Assembly (NCBI GenBank): GCA_036399015.1
Contig: DASWNW010000038.1
Coordinates: forward strand, 37,239-101,238
DNA from: Thermoanaerobaculia bacterium
Lineage (GTDB): Bacteria; Acidobacteriota; Thermoanaerobaculia; Gp7-AA8
DNA: 64,000 bases
Direction of reading: 5' to 3'
Positions 38,316 through 48,663 of this stretch are shown one piece after another; the stretch's first letter is position 1; each line of letters begins with the position of its first letter. The notes below the pieces were generated by a model. The model was not told where the DNA came from and searched no databases. It saw only the letters and a program-made list of their open reading frames with translations. Made by a program: the position numbers and the translations under genes.

Positions 38316-39091
38316 GCATCTTCACCCGCCCCAACTTCGCCCACGACGCGTACGACGAGCTGTCGTTCTGGAGCTCCCGCTTCGGCGCGCTGATGCTCGA
38401 CAACCTCGAGCTCCGCCGCGACGTGCGCGGCCTCGACGTCGCCTGCGGCGCAGGCTTCCCCCTCTTCGAGCTGGCGCACATGCACGGCCCCACGTCGCAT
38501 TGGACCGGCGTCGACGTCTGGGCCGATGCGCTGGAGCGCGCGCGGCGGAAGCGGGCGGTCTACGAGGACACGAACGTGGAGCTCGTCGAGGCTGACGCCG
38601 CGTCGATGCCGTTCGACGACGCCACCTTCGACCTCATCACCTCCAACCTCGGCATCAACAACTTCGAGGATCCGCCGCGGGTGATCGCCGAATGCCGCCG
38701 CGTCGCCAAGCCGGGCGCGCGGATCGCCGTGACCACCAACGTCACCGGCCACATGGACGCCTTCTATGACGTCTTCCGCGCCAGCGTGCCCGCGGAGCTG
38801 GTCGACGCCGTCAACGCGCAGGAGGCGCATCGCGGCCGCCGCGACATCGTCGAGCAGACGCTGACCGCCGGCGGCTTCGCCGTCACGCGCGTCCTCGAGG
38901 GCGAGTTCTTCCTCCGCTTCGCCGACGGCACCGCGCTCCTGCAGCATCCGCTGGTCAGCTTCTTCAAAGACGGCTGGCTGGCCGTAACGGACGATCCTCA
39001 GGTGTGGGGGAGGATCGAGGAGCAGCTCAACGCCGCGAGTTCGCTTCGGATGCGGATTCCGATGGTGTACGCAGAGGGCGTCCGCCGGTAG
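38312..39091 (+). CDS. class I SAM-dependent methyltransferase
   Basis: Motif I LDVACGAGF, and DLITSNLGINNF. The ATGA overlap with thpR suggests translational coupling. Confidence 0.8.
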   Translation: MSIFTRPNFAHDAYDELSFWSSRFGALMLDNLELRRDVRGLDVACGAGFPLFELAHMHGPTSHWTGVDVWADALERARRKRAVYEDTNVELVEADAASMPFDDATFDLITSNLGINNFEDPPRVIAECRRVAKPGARIAVTTNVTGHMDAFYDVFRASVPAELVDAVNAQEAHRGRRDIVEQTLTAGGFAVTRVLEGEFFLRFADGTALLQHPLVSFFKDGWLAVTDDPQVWGRIEEQLNAASSLRMRIPMVYAEGVRR

Positions 39092-40139
39092 CGCGGCTCT
39101 TCGCCACCTCTTTGCCCCGCAACTGACCGCAGGCCGCGGCGATGTCGCGCCCCTTCGAGCGGCGCACCGTCACCCGCACGCCGTTGCGCACCAGCGTGTC
39201 GACGAAGCGGTCGATGTCGCGGTCGCTGGGGCGCTTCATCCACTTCGGCAGGTTCGCGTCCTCGTTGAACGGGATCGCATTCACCTTCGCGCCGCGGATG
39301 CCGCGGATCAGTTTCGCCAGCGCCACCGCGTCCTGATTCGAGTCGTTGTAGCCGGCGAGGAGCACGTACTCGATCGTGATGTCGCGCCCCTTCTCCAGCG
39401 GGAAGCGGCGCAGCGTCTCCATCAGCTCGTCGAGCGGGTACTTCGACGTGATCGGCATGATCTCCTCGCGCCGCTTGCGGTCGGGCGCGTTGACGGAGAT
39501 CGCGAGGTTGGGCCGCCGCTCCAGCTTCGCCAGCGCCTCGATGCCGGGGATGATCCCCGACGTCGATACCGTGACGCGCCGCGGCGCGAGGTTGCGATAG
39601 AGGATGTCGAGCGTCGCGACGAGGTTGTCGAAGTTCAGCAGCGGCTCGCCCATCCCCATGAAGACGACGTTCATCATCTCGCTCGGGACCTGCTTCTCCC
39701 GCTGGATGGTGAAGAACTGCCCCAGCATCTCGCCCGCCGTCAGGTTGCGGCCGGCGCCGAAGAAGCCGGTGACGCAGAACGTGCAGCCGACCGCGCAGCC
39801 GGCCTGCGAGGAGAGACAGATGCTGGTGCGGTCGCCCATCGGCATGTAAACCGACTCGATGCGCTGCCCGTCGGCGAGCCGGAAGAGGTACTTCTGGCTG
39901 CCGTCCGCCGCCGGGACGGTGCGCGTCAGCACCTCGGGTTGCGCGACGGTGTAGCGCTCGGCGAGCGCGGCGCGCACCTCTTTCGGCAGGTTGCTCATGG
40001 CGTCGAACGAGTCGACGCCGTGCACGTGCAGCCACTCCTCGATCTGCCGCACCCGGAACGTCGGGGAGACGGTTTCGCTCAGCGCCGCTTCGAGCTGCCG
40101 CGGCGCGAGGTCGTACAGGTTCAGGCGCTCATTCGTCAC
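39027..40139 (-). CDS. rlmN: 23S rRNA/tRNA (adenine-C2)-methyltransferase, radical SAM
   Basis: CAVGCTFC (CxxxCxxC), MGMGEPL, ACGQL. Confidence 0.92.
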   Translation of the reverse strand: MTNERLNLYDLAPRQLEAALSETVSPTFRVRQIEEWLHVHGVDSFDAMSNLPKEVRAALAERYTVAQPEVLTRTVPAADGSQKYLFRLADGQRIESVYMPMGDRTSICLSSQAGCAVGCTFCVTGFFGAGRNLTAGEMLGQFFTIQREKQVPSEMMNVVFMGMGEPLLNFDNLVATLDILYRNLAPRRVTVSTSGIIPGIEALAKLERRPNLAISVNAPDRKRREEIMPITSKYPLDELMETLRRFPLEKGRDITIEYVLLAGYNDSNQDAVALAKLIRGIRGAKVNAIPFNEDANLPKWMKRPSDRDIDRFVDTLVRNGVRVTVRRSKGRDIAAACGQLRGKEVAKSRATGGRPLRTPSESASEANSRR

Positions 40140-40470
40140 TGGTGGTCGCCAGCGGCTCGACGCGGCGGGCCGTCCTCACCTTGCGGGTCGGGTCGATGCC
40201 GAGGGCGCGCAGGAGGGCGAGATCGTTCACGTTGATCCGGAACTGCACTTCCCGCGGCGGCGTTGCCGGCACCGCGACGGTGCCTTCGCCCGGCTGCTCC
40301 TCGTCCGCTCCCTGTTTATTGAGGCCGATGGTCGCGTCGAGCACCACGTAGAGGTCGTAGCCCTCGTCGCGGATCCGTTGAATGTGGCGGTTCACATCCT
40401 CGGAGCCGGAGATCGACTCGTTGATCGCCGTCCCGAGATCCTGCAGAAGCTGCTTGATCTTGTCGTCCAC
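40129..40470 (-). CDS. small hypothetical protein (113 aa)
   Basis: GTG start, GGAGAG Shine-Dalgarno, overlaps the rlmN start by 11 nt. No motif recognised. Confidence 0.5.
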   Translation of the reverse strand: MDDKIKQLLQDLGTAINESISGSEDVNRHIQRIRDEGYDLYVVLDATIGLNKQGADEEQPGEGTVAVPATPPREVQFRINVNDLALLRALGIDPTRKVRTARRVEPLATTSDE

Positions 40471-40641
40471 GCGCTCTCCGTTACAAGCACGTAAACTATT
40501 GATAGATCAGCAGCTTACATTTACGTGCGCAATGCGAATTATCCAAACGGGACCGCTCGCGGTCAATATTCCGATTTCGCCCCGAGCGGCGTAGACTGTT
40601 TGTCCTTGCGTTCGCGGCTGCAAACGATCCGCCACGGATCG

Positions 40642-41469
40642 TCAGCGGCTCCCCCACAGCTCGGCCCAGTACGCGAGGTACTTCCAGCGTCCCCACTTGC
40701 TGTAGCGCCGCAGCATCGCGGCGTCGCCGACCTTGCGGCCGCCGTGATAGGTCTCGCGGACGAAGCGCCGGAACTCGCTGTCGACCGCGATGAAGTCGTG
40801 ACGGCCGTCCATCGCCAGGAGATGCGCCGCGCCGTAGGGGCCGATGCCGGGGAGCTGCTGGTAGCGCTTGAAGAGCTCTTCGCTCGTTGCCGGTTTCCCG
40901 TTGCCGGTTGCCGGCAACTCGAACGGCGTCAGGTCCGTGCCCGCGAGCGCATGCACCGACTTCGCGCGATACCCCAGCCGGCAGTCCCGCTGCAGTTCCT
41001 CCGGCGAGAAGCGGAGCACGTCCTCCTGCGACGGGAACGCGCCCTCGTGTCCGCACTTCGCGACGAGCAGCTCCACCATGCGCACCGTCTGCGACCACAT
41101 GGTGTTCGTCGTGGCGATGATCTTCACCGCGTCCTCCCACAGCGTCGCGCCGCAGAGGAGACGCCCGAAGCCGGACGGCTCCACCCACGCGTGCGCCGGC
41201 GAGCCGCGCGTCAGGCGGAGGAACTCCGCCGTATCGACGCCGAGCTGGAACATGCGCGTGATGCGGCGCGTCAGCTCGTCCGACGGAGCGGCGCCGGCGA
41301 CGTGCATCGTCGTGCCGCGGACGGAGATCTCGAGGTCGGCGATCCCCTCCGGCAGCGCCTCCTTCCGCCGGAGCACTCCCTCGTCCGGCGACCAGCGGAA
41401 CGGCGCGAGGCGGTACCAGCCGTGCGACTCGACGGTCTGCGCGAACGCGAAGTTGTCGGGGAGGGGGAA
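40642..41469 (-). CDS. HhH-GPD DNA glycosylase (AlkA/Ogg-like); start codon unresolved
   Basis: LPGIGPYGAAHLL helix-hairpin-helix. Conserved N-terminal SHGWYRLAPFRW. The ORF is open up to 41550, but that extension runs through tRNA-Cys. Confidence 0.65.
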   Translation of the reverse strand, partial: FPLPDNFAFAQTVESHGWYRLAPFRWSPDEGVLRRKEALPEGIADLEISVRGTTMHVAGAAPSDELTRRITRMFQLGVDTAEFLRLTRGSPAHAWVEPSGFGRLLCGATLWEDAVKIIATTNTMWSQTVRMVELLVAKCGHEGAFPSQEDVLRFSPEELQRDCRLGYRAKSVHALAGTDLTPFELPATGNGKPATSEELFKRYQQLPGIGPYGAAHLLAMDGRHDFIAVDSEFRRFVRETYHGGRKVGDAAMLRRYSKWGRWKYLAYWAELWGSR

Positions 41470-41471
41470 AT

Positions 41472-41546
<75 letters not shown>

Positions 41547-41675
41547 TCATTCAGACAAAGGCGGAAGGGACAGCGAGTGTAGGTGAACCGCCGAGGAGGC
41601 GTCAATATTCGGCCGGCGCATGTCCTGCCGGGATGACAAGAGCCGTCATTCGTGTTAATTGCCCGCTGACACCGA

Positions 41676-43472
<1,797 letters not shown>

Positions 43473-43482
43473 CGCTGCGCGC

Positions 43483-43711
43483 CAGGAACCGTGCGCGCTG
43501 CACGGCGCGCACGGGGGAACCACGCGCCCGCATGGCGCGTGGGGGCGTATGCGATCGTGCGGCTGGCGGAGCGATTCAGGCGAGAGCGAACCCGTCGCGA
43601 GGAATCCGCTCTCGCGACAAAGGGTGTCCAGGCGTAACACCCCAGAAGCCCCCGCGCGCCATGGGGGCGCGCGGTTCCCCCACGCGCGCCGTGCAGCGCG
43701 CGTGGTTCCTG
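43483..43711. repeat. ~230-bp element with ~63-bp terminal inverted repeats (copy B), MITE-like
   Basis: 43483-43545 is near-complementary to 43649-43711 (5 mismatches or wobbles by eye). The ~100-nt core matches the reverse complement of 10160-10250. Confidence 0.6.
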
Positions 43712-43716
43712 ACAAC

Positions 43717-43744
43717 GCGCGACGTGACGGCCGTCACGTCGCGC
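43717..43744. repeat. perfect 28-bp palindrome GCGCGACGTGACGG/CCGTCACGTCGCGC
   Basis: All 14 positions pair. Located 9 nt upstream of the putative -24 element. Confidence 0.9.
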
Positions 43745-43752
43745 TAAATAAC

Positions 43753-43767
43753 TGGCACGTTCGTAGC
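43753..43767 (+). promoter_or_regulatory. putative sigma-54 promoter (-24 TGGCAC / -12 TAGC)
   Basis: TGGCAC-GTTCG-TAGC matches TGGCAC-N5-TTGC with one mismatch and correct GG-N10-GC spacing. Lies 86 nt upstream of ATG 43853. Confidence 0.4.
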
Positions 43768-43852
43768 TCAGGCACCCAGTCGACGACGCGGCGCAACGGG
43801 GCGCCGAGGCCGTCGGGATGCAGCACTGCAGTCATTGACAAGAGGCGGCGCA

Positions 43853-44473
43853 ATGAGGTCTTCCAGGCTCTTCTTCGCTCTTCTGCTCGCAATCTTCCTG
43901 ATCCACGCCGCGGCGGCCACCGCCGGTACGGCGATCGACATGGATGACCCTCGCCGTGTCGTCGGCCGTGAGGACGACGTCAGGATCGACGCACAACTGG
44001 TGCAGGAGACCGTCTCGCCCGGCGCTCCGGTCGGCATCACCTACCAGATCCAGAACTTCACCGCGGCCCCGGTAGCCATCGCCCACAAGATCGCCGCCGC
44101 CAGCTACGACGCCGAGACGCGCACCATCACCCTCGCCGTCGGCGCCGAGGTGCCGGTCGACGGCAACATGCCGCAGGTCGTCGTGATCCCCCCGGGTGAG
44201 AAGAAAGTCTTCCGCACCGGCGCCACGCCGAGCTACAGCGCCGCGTCGGTGCGCACCGGCCGCAGCGTGCCGCGCTACGTGCAGGTGAAGGTCTCGATCC
44301 TCCGCGACGTGAAGCCGTTCGCGGGCGCCCGCTTCGGCGAGAAGTTGAGCGACGCGCAGTTCGACCAGTGGTTCGAGTCGAACGACACGATCCTCCTCAA
44401 CACCGTGCCGGTGAGCTACTCGCCCAGCGGCGCGACTCTCTACGACGCGTCGTCTCCCTCGAGCCGCTTCTGA
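43853..44473 (+). CDS. secreted hypothetical protein (paralogue 1)
   Basis: Signal peptide MRSSRLFFALLLAIFLIHAAAATA. Shares DM(D/E)(D/E)PRR(V/I)VG ... V(R)(I/V)DAQ ... SYDAE(T/S) ... PGEKK.F with the next gene. Confidence 0.65.
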   Translation: MRSSRLFFALLLAIFLIHAAAATAGTAIDMDDPRRVVGREDDVRIDAQLVQETVSPGAPVGITYQIQNFTAAPVAIAHKIAAASYDAETRTITLAVGAEVPVDGNMPQVVVIPPGEKKVFRTGATPSYSAASVRTGRSVPRYVQVKVSILRDVKPFAGARFGEKLSDAQFDQWFESNDTILLNTVPVSYSPSGATLYDASSPSSRF

Positions 44474-44505
44474 ATATCCGCGCGTACGGGGACGTTCACC
44501 CGCGC

Positions 44506-45129
44506 ATGAGATCGTTCCTCGGTGTCCTGCTGCTTCTCGCCGGTTGTGCCGCGGCCACGGTGGACATGGAGGAGCCGCGGCGGATCGTCGGGACTGAGAA
44601 CTCCGTGCGCGTCGACGCGCAGGTGATCGGCGACGAGGCCCGCCCCGGCGCGCAGATCCCGATCACCTACGAGGTCACGAACCAGCGCGCCACGGCGATC
44701 GCCATCGCCGAGCTCGTCCCCTACACGAGCTACGACGCCGAGTCGCACACCTTCACCGTCAACGTCGGCTCCGAGGTTCCGGGGAACGAGATGCTGCCGC
44801 GGCTGGTCGAGATCGGGCCGGGGGAGAAGAAGACCTTCACCGCCGCCGCGCGCGTCCACTTCACGCAGCCGCCGGGAGCCAGTGTGAAGGCGTCCCCTCC
44901 CGCGGAGCTCCGCCTCAAACTGAACTTCCTCAGCGACACCGCTCCCTTCCGGCAGCTCATCGGAATCAAGGAGCGGGCGATCGCCGACCGCGCCCTGGCC
45001 GACCAGCTCTTCCCGCTCTGGCTGGAGCGGAACGAGATCGTCACCACGAACTCGATCCCGATGCGCCTGCTGGCGCGGCAGCGTTCGGCGACGGAGGGGA
45101 CAGGGCCGCGGGGCGGCCGGAGGTTCTGA
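44506..45129 (+). CDS. lipoprotein, paralogue 2 of the preceding gene
   Basis: Lipobox LLLAGC. Colinear similarity to 43853..44473. Confidence 0.65.
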   Translation: MRSFLGVLLLLAGCAAATVDMEEPRRIVGTENSVRVDAQVIGDEARPGAQIPITYEVTNQRATAIAIAELVPYTSYDAESHTFTVNVGSEVPGNEMLPRLVEIGPGEKKTFTAAARVHFTQPPGASVKASPPAELRLKLNFLSDTAPFRQLIGIKERAIADRALADQLFPLWLERNEIVTTNSIPMRLLARQRSATEGTGPRGGRRF

Positions 45130-45145
45130 GCCCGCGGAAAGAGGA

Positions 45146-45170
45146 AGCGGCGGGCTGAGAGCCCGCCGCT
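45146..45170. terminator. 10-bp GC hairpin between convergent genes (possible bidirectional terminator)
   Basis: AGCGGCGGGC-TGAGA-GCCCGCCGCT. No clear U-tract. Confidence 0.4.
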
Positions 45171-45195
45171 CCGGAAGGTTCGGGAAAGCCGGCCG

Positions 45196-45531
45196 TTAGA
45201 AGCTGGCGACCGCTTCGCCTTCGTTCTCGTAGACCTCGAAGACGGTGATGAGCTGCGTGACGTGCAGCAGCTCGTTCAGTTTGGCGGGGAGGTGGAGGAG
45301 CTTGAGCTTGCCGCCGCGGTTGGTGACGGTCGTGTACGAGCCGACCAGCTCACCGATACCGGACGAGTCGATGGTCGTCACGCCAGAGAGATCGAGCAGG
45401 ACGTTGGTCTTGCCGCCGTTGACGGCGTTGCTGATCACCTCGCGCAGTTGCGTGTCGCCCGATCCGATCGTGATCTTGCCCTGCAGGCTGATGATCTCGA
45501 CGTTATCGACGCTCCGGGAAGTCGCTTTCAT
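45196..45531 (-). CDS. STAS-domain anti-sigma-factor antagonist
   Basis: LLDLSGVTTIDSSGIGELV, with the conserved phosphorylatable Ser context. Confidence 0.85.
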   Translation of the reverse strand: MKATSRSVDNVEIISLQGKITIGSGDTQLREVISNAVNGGKTNVLLDLSGVTTIDSSGIGELVGSYTTVTNRGGKLKLLHLPAKLNELLHVTQLITVFEVYENEGEAVASF

Positions 45532-45551
45532 GGTTCGTTTCTCCTTCTTCG

Positions 45552-46004
45552 TCAGGCTTTGCTCGCGATGCCGTCGCCCTTGGCCAGGTTCTTGGTCATG
45601 ACCAGCGAAGTCCCTCCGCCGGTGTTGAACGTGTACTGCACCTGGTCCATGAACGTCTTCATGTAGAAGATGCCACGGCCGCTCGTCTTCATGAGGTTCT
45701 GCGGGTTGAGCGGATCGCTCACTTTCTCGGGATCGAACCCCTGCCCCTCGTCCGAGATCGTGATCTCCAGCTCGTACCCCTCGAGCTCGAACGTCGCATT
45801 CACCTTCTTGCGCACGTCGAGCTTGTTCCCATGCTTGATCGCGTTCGCCACCGCCTCGCGTACCGCCATCCCGATCCAGTGAGACCCATCCTCGTCCACC
45901 CCCGCGTTTTCGCAGAGGTGTTCCGCGATGACCTGAACCAGTTCGATGTTCTCGAAGCGGCTGCTGATCGTGATCTCGATACGCTCGGTGTCGCCGCGCT
46001 CCAT
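45552..46004 (-). CDS. anti-sigma regulatory factor / Ser kinase (RsbW/SpoIIAB-like HATPase)
   Basis: REAVANAIKHGN (N-box), SDEGQGFD (G1), GRGIFYM (G2). Start at MERGD. Confidence 0.8.
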   Translation of the reverse strand: MERGDTERIEITISSRFENIELVQVIAEHLCENAGVDEDGSHWIGMAVREAVANAIKHGNKLDVRKKVNATFELEGYELEITISDEGQGFDPEKVSDPLNPQNLMKTSGRGIFYMKTFMDQVQYTFNTGGGTSLVMTKNLAKGDGIASKA

Positions 46005-46075
46005 GGGCTGAATTGCGCGGCATTCTACACAACCCAGAGAGGAATGGGGGCCGAGAACGGCCGGTTGCGCAGCGC

Positions 46076-47200
46076 ATGACCACGGGCCGGGCACCGCGCC
46101 TCCTGCTCCTTCTCCTCCTCACCTCCTGCGCCCAAGCCTCGCCGCTCGCGCCCGGGATGAAAGCGGTCGAGGAAATCCGCGGACGAAAGTTCGTCCACGA
46201 CGTGAAGAACGTCAGCATCGACCGATCCGACCTCTCCGCGCATCTGCGCAAGCAGATGGAGAAGCTGACCCCCTACTCGCTCGACGACTGGGGGACCCTG
46301 CTGCGCGCGCTGCAGCTCGTCGACGTCGAGAACAAGCAGCTCGTGCCGAAGCTCCTCGCGCTCTACGAGGCGCAGGTGCTCGCGTTCTACGACCCGCAGT
46401 CGCACACCTACTACTCGATCAAGCAGCTCCCGAAGCTCCCCGAGGGGGCGGCCCGGCTCGGCGACCCGAAGCTGCTCGAAGAGACCGTGATGGTCCACGA
46501 GCTGATGCACGCGCTGCAGGACCAGCACTTCCAGCTCGCCGGCAAAGAGAAGGCGCTCATGCGCGACACCGACGCGAACCTCGCCTACCACGCCGTGCTG
46601 GAAGGGGAGGCGGTGCTGGTGATGGTCGCCCACATGCTCGCCAAGTCGAACGTCGACTTCGAGGAGGTGATCAAGGACGACTCCATGCTCGGCCTGATCG
46701 GCAACGCGGCGCAGGCGGAGCAGATGATCGACCCCTCCACGCCGAAGTACTTCGCCGAGATGCTGAAGTTCCCCTACCTCGCCGGGCTGAACTTCGTCGT
46801 GGCGGCCTATCGCCGCGGCGGCTGGAAGGAGCTCGACAAGGTGCACGCGAACCCGCCCCGCACCACCCGCGAGATCCTGCACCCCGAGCAGTACTTCGAC
46901 GCCACCTTCAAGCCGAAGCCGTTCGACAGCACCACCCCTCCCGGCGCCATCTCGGCCGAGCACCTCGGCGAGTTCCACTGGCGCTTTCTCGTCGGCGCCG
47001 AGAACGCGAAGGGGTGGGTGAACGACCGCGCCGTGGTCATGCGCGACGGTCGCGTGCAGCTCGACTCCGACTGGGAGACCGAGCAGAACGCCATCGCCTT
47101 CGAGACCGCCTACCGCGCGTTCCTCGAGAACCGCGGCCTCGACGCGAAAGTCACCCGCGAAGGCACGAAGGTCAAGGCTTCCTACACCGCGAAGAAATGA
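46076..47200 (+). CDS. putative zinc-metalloprotease-like lipoprotein (HExxH)
   Basis: Lipobox LLLTSC. HELMHALQDQH motif. Confidence 0.65.
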   Translation: MTTGRAPRLLLLLLLTSCAQASPLAPGMKAVEEIRGRKFVHDVKNVSIDRSDLSAHLRKQMEKLTPYSLDDWGTLLRALQLVDVENKQLVPKLLALYEAQVLAFYDPQSHTYYSIKQLPKLPEGAARLGDPKLLEETVMVHELMHALQDQHFQLAGKEKALMRDTDANLAYHAVLEGEAVLVMVAHMLAKSNVDFEEVIKDDSMLGLIGNAAQAEQMIDPSTPKYFAEMLKFPYLAGLNFVVAAYRRGGWKELDKVHANPPRTTREILHPEQYFDATFKPKPFDSTTPPGAISAEHLGEFHWRFLVGAENAKGWVNDRAVVMRDGRVQLDSDWETEQNAIAFETAYRAFLENRGLDAKVTREGTKVKASYTAKK

Positions 47201-47469
47201 ACGTCGACTACGCCAGCCTCGAGAGCGACCTCGCCGACGGCTCCTTCCGCCAGCGGCTCGAGGAAGAGCTCACCTTCGGCTTCCGCCAGATCCACCAGGC
47301 CGGCGAACGCCTCCCCCTCGCCTCCCACTACGCCTCGCAGATCGCCGAGATCCTGAACCGCGACGTCGAGCTCTCCGCCGACGTGAAGTACGAGCTGTAT
47401 CAGGAGGTGCTGGCGGCCGTCGAGAACGCGCGGGCGGCGGTGTTGGGGGAAGTGGTCGCACCGAATTAG
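47197..47469 (+). CDS. small hypothetical protein (90 aa)
   Basis: ATGA overlap with the upstream gene. Acidic and helical. No motif recognised. Confidence 0.5.
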   Translation: MNVDYASLESDLADGSFRQRLEEELTFGFRQIHQAGERLPLASHYASQIAEILNRDVELSADVKYELYQEVLAAVENARAAVLGEVVAPN

Positions 47470-47589
47470 TCTCAGAGTCTCAGAGTCTCAGAGTCGCAAA
47501 GTCTCAGAGCGGGCCGGTTCCTCTTTGCGACTTTGAGACTCTGAGACTCTGAGACTCTGCGACTCTGCGACTCTGAGACTCTGAGACTC
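47468..47589. repeat. tandem-repeat hairpin (octamer GTCTCAGA; 5 units vs 8 complementary units)
   Basis: 47468-47501 pairs with 47523-47556 (about 34 bp, one G-T). An extra 33 nt of AGTCTCAG-complement units lies 3' of the stem. Confidence 0.9.
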
Positions 47590-47607
47590 CGCTAACATCC
47601 CCCCGCA

Positions 47608-48663
47608 ATGAAGCGCTCCCTCCACCGCCACCCGCCTCTGTCGTCCTTCGCGACGACAGGTGGTTGAGCCTGCAAGTTAGGTCAGTCTGACCTACGTTCC
47701 GTCCTGGCGAAGCTCCCCTCGTTCGAAGGGGCCGGGGATCTTCTTGTCGGAATGGCGACGGCCGACGACGCGGCGGTGATCCGGATCGTGGGCGACACCG
47801 CCATCGCCCAGACCGTCGACTTCTTCACCCCGATCGTCGACGACCCCTATCTGTTCGGGCAGATCGCCGCCACGAACTCCATCTCCGACATCTACGCCAT
47901 GGGGGCGACGCCGATCCTCGGCCTCGCCATTGCCGGCTTCCCGACCGGCAAGCTCCCGCTGGACGTGCTCGAGCAGATCCTCCACGGCGGCGCCGACAAG
48001 GCCATCGAGGCGGGGTTCCCGGTCGCCGGCGGCCACACCATCATCGACGACGTCCCGAAGTACGGCCTCGTCGTCACCGGCGTCGTCTCCGCCTCCCGGC
48101 TGGTGCGCAATTCCACCGCCGCCGCCGGCGATCTCCTCTATCTCACCAAGCCGATCGGCAACGGGATCCTCGTCAGCGCGAACCGCCGCAAGAGCTTCTT
48201 CCGGAGCGCGCCGCCGCTCGACGAGGCGATCCGCTGGATGACCACCCTCAACCGCGACGCCTCGAAGGCGATGCTCGCCGCCGGCGCCAGCGCCGCCACC
48301 GACGTCACCGGCTACGGCCTGATCGGCCATCTCCTCGAGATGTGCGACGGCGCGGGAGTGGGGGCGGAGCTCAACGTTTCCGCGGTGCCGGTGCTCGCCG
48401 GCGCGCGGGAGGCGCTCGCGAAGGGGCTGCGTCCGGAGGGGACGGAGCGGAACGCCGCCTCCTTCCGCGACCGGGTGCGCCTGTCCGTCCCCGAGCTCGA
48501 GTACACGCTGCTGTGCGACGCGCAGACGTCGGGCGGGTTGCTCATCGCCATCGCCCCGGAGCGCGCCGCCGCGCTCGAGGCGCGCTTCGTGGAAAGCGGT
48601 CTGTTCTATGCAAAGGTCGGCACCGTGACGAAGGAGCGAGGATGGATTTCCCTGAAAACGTAA
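47608..48663 (+). CDS. selD: selenide, water dikinase (selenophosphate synthetase) with in-frame UGA selenocysteine at 47665-47667
   Basis: Translation MKRSLHRHPPLSSFATTGG-U-ACKLGQSDL...LLVGMATADDAAV aligns with E. coli SelD GAGCGCK...LLVGNETRDDAAV, with U at the Cys17 position. The reading frame is continuous with track ORF 47752..48663. Confidence 0.85.
47678..47694 (+). promoter_or_regulatory. SECIS-like hairpin 10 nt downstream of the selD UGA
   Basis: TAGGTCA-GTC-TGACCTA perfect stem. Its position fits a bacterial SECIS. Confidence 0.6.

Noticed and set aside
40480-40560. Replication-origin-like AT-rich patch with a near DnaA box (TTATCCAAA) and the inverted repeat GCACGTAAA...TTTACGTGC
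   Set aside because: There is a single imperfect box and no DnaA-box cluster, dnaA or dnaN nearby. It is more simply the promoter region of the 113-aa gene/rlmN operon.
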